A DNA stretch of 37,165 nt from a virus. The stretch lies in UHGV virus genome UHGV-0093680, one strand, 5' to 3'. Position 1 is the stretch's first letter; each line of letters opens with the position of its first letter. A program made the position numbers and the translations under genes. The notes below the pieces were generated by a model. That model did no database searches, was not told where the DNA came from, and saw nothing but the letters and a program-made list of their open reading frames with translations. Below are positions 36,639 through 37,165 of this stretch, piece by piece.

Positions 36639-37085
36639 ATGAATAGTATAGCAATTTTAGAAGCAGTGAACACCTCTTACGTACCATTCAACGGTCAGCA
36701 AATTATCACCGCCATGGCTGCCGGAGTTGCATATGTTGCGATGAAGCCAATCGTTGAAAACCTCGGAATGAGCTGGGGTACTCAGCAACAAAAACTTATG
36801 AAACAACTAGATAAGTTCAACTGTATTCATATGAATATGGTTGCTGCTGATGGAAAGCTTCGTAAGCTACTCTGCCTTCCTTTGAAGAAGTTAAATGGAT
36901 GGCTGTTCAGCATCAACCCCGAGAAAGTTCGTGCTGACATCCGCGATAAACTGATTCAGTACCAGGAAGAATGCTTTACTGTGCTGCATGACTACTGGAC
37001 AAAGGGAAAGGCAGAAAATGCACGTAAGAAAACATCTGTTGATGACAGGACTCCGCTTCGTGATGCTGTAAATATGCTGGTCTGA
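36639..37085 (+). CDS. Short antirepressor-like protein (N-terminal domain only)
   Basis: In-frame ATG within ORF 36573..37085 after GGAGA; about 148 aa; the assignment rests mainly on its position after arc, with only a weak recollection of P22 Ant N-terminal similarity. Confidence 0.5.
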   Translation: MNSIAILEAVNTSYVPFNGQQIITAMAAGVAYVAMKPIVENLGMSWGTQQQKLMKQLDKFNCIHMNMVAADGKLRKLLCLPLKKLNGWLFSINPEKVRADIRDKLIQYQEECFTVLHDYWTKGKAENARKKTSVDDRTPLRDAVNMLV

Positions 37086-37165
37086 ACCGCCCCGGGTTTC
37101 CTGGAGAGTATTTTATCTGTGAACTCAGGCTGCCAGATCATCGTTTCCGATGGAAGCATAATAAG

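Noticed and set aside
1-37165. CRISPR array, insertion sequence or transposase, integrase or attachment site within the window
   Set aside because: No array of regular direct repeats with spacers, no transposase or integrase-like ORF, and no terminal inverted repeats were seen; the prophage ends must lie outside this window.

Overview
This window looks like about 37 kb of a mosaic lambdoid prophage of an enterobacterium (E. coli / Shigella / Salmonella type), with a P22/Sf6-like short-tailed virion module. All calls come from reading the sequence and the supplied ORF track, using protein motifs and gene order recalled from memory; no database search was run. Non-coding coordinates were counted by hand and may be off by 1-3 nt. 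Layout, left to right: (1) a minus-strand early-left operon (121-6137) with an AntA-type antirepressor, a DUF551-like protein, an Ea22-like protein, several small unknown genes, an SSB-like protein plus a Sak4-like ATPase, a short ORF, kil, cIII and an N-type antiterminator with a P22-type boxB; (2) the immunity region (6140-9200) with pL/nutL, a terminator, an uncharacterised two-gene cassette immediately downstream of cI, cI itself, a divergent operator region, cro, nutR and cII; (3) replication genes (an O-like initiator with internal iterons, and a primase-helicase fusion), an AT-rich HNH-AP2 endonuclease insertion, and a lambda-like ninB-E-F-G-H-I block followed by Q; (4) a late promoter/terminator region, two tRNA-like genes, and a phage-21-type lysis cassette (pinholin, SAR endolysin, Rz/Rz1) with an extra 268-aa gene inserted between holin and endolysin; (5) a T5orf172-like gene, then Sf6-like small and large terminase, portal, scaffold, coat, and P22-type gp4/10/26/14/7/20/16 homologues; (6) an immI-like region with a membrane protein, a P63C-domain protein, a Mnt-like repressor co-transcribed with a ClpP-like peptidase, an Arc-like repressor, a small Cys-rich ORF and a short Ant-like protein. 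No integrase, attachment site, CRISPR array, IS element, rRNA or toxin gene was seen. The best candidate for an undescribed system is the two-gene cassette at 6597-7612, which sits in the cI-proximal moron locus where lambda carries rexAB and Salmonella phage BTP1 carries bstA.
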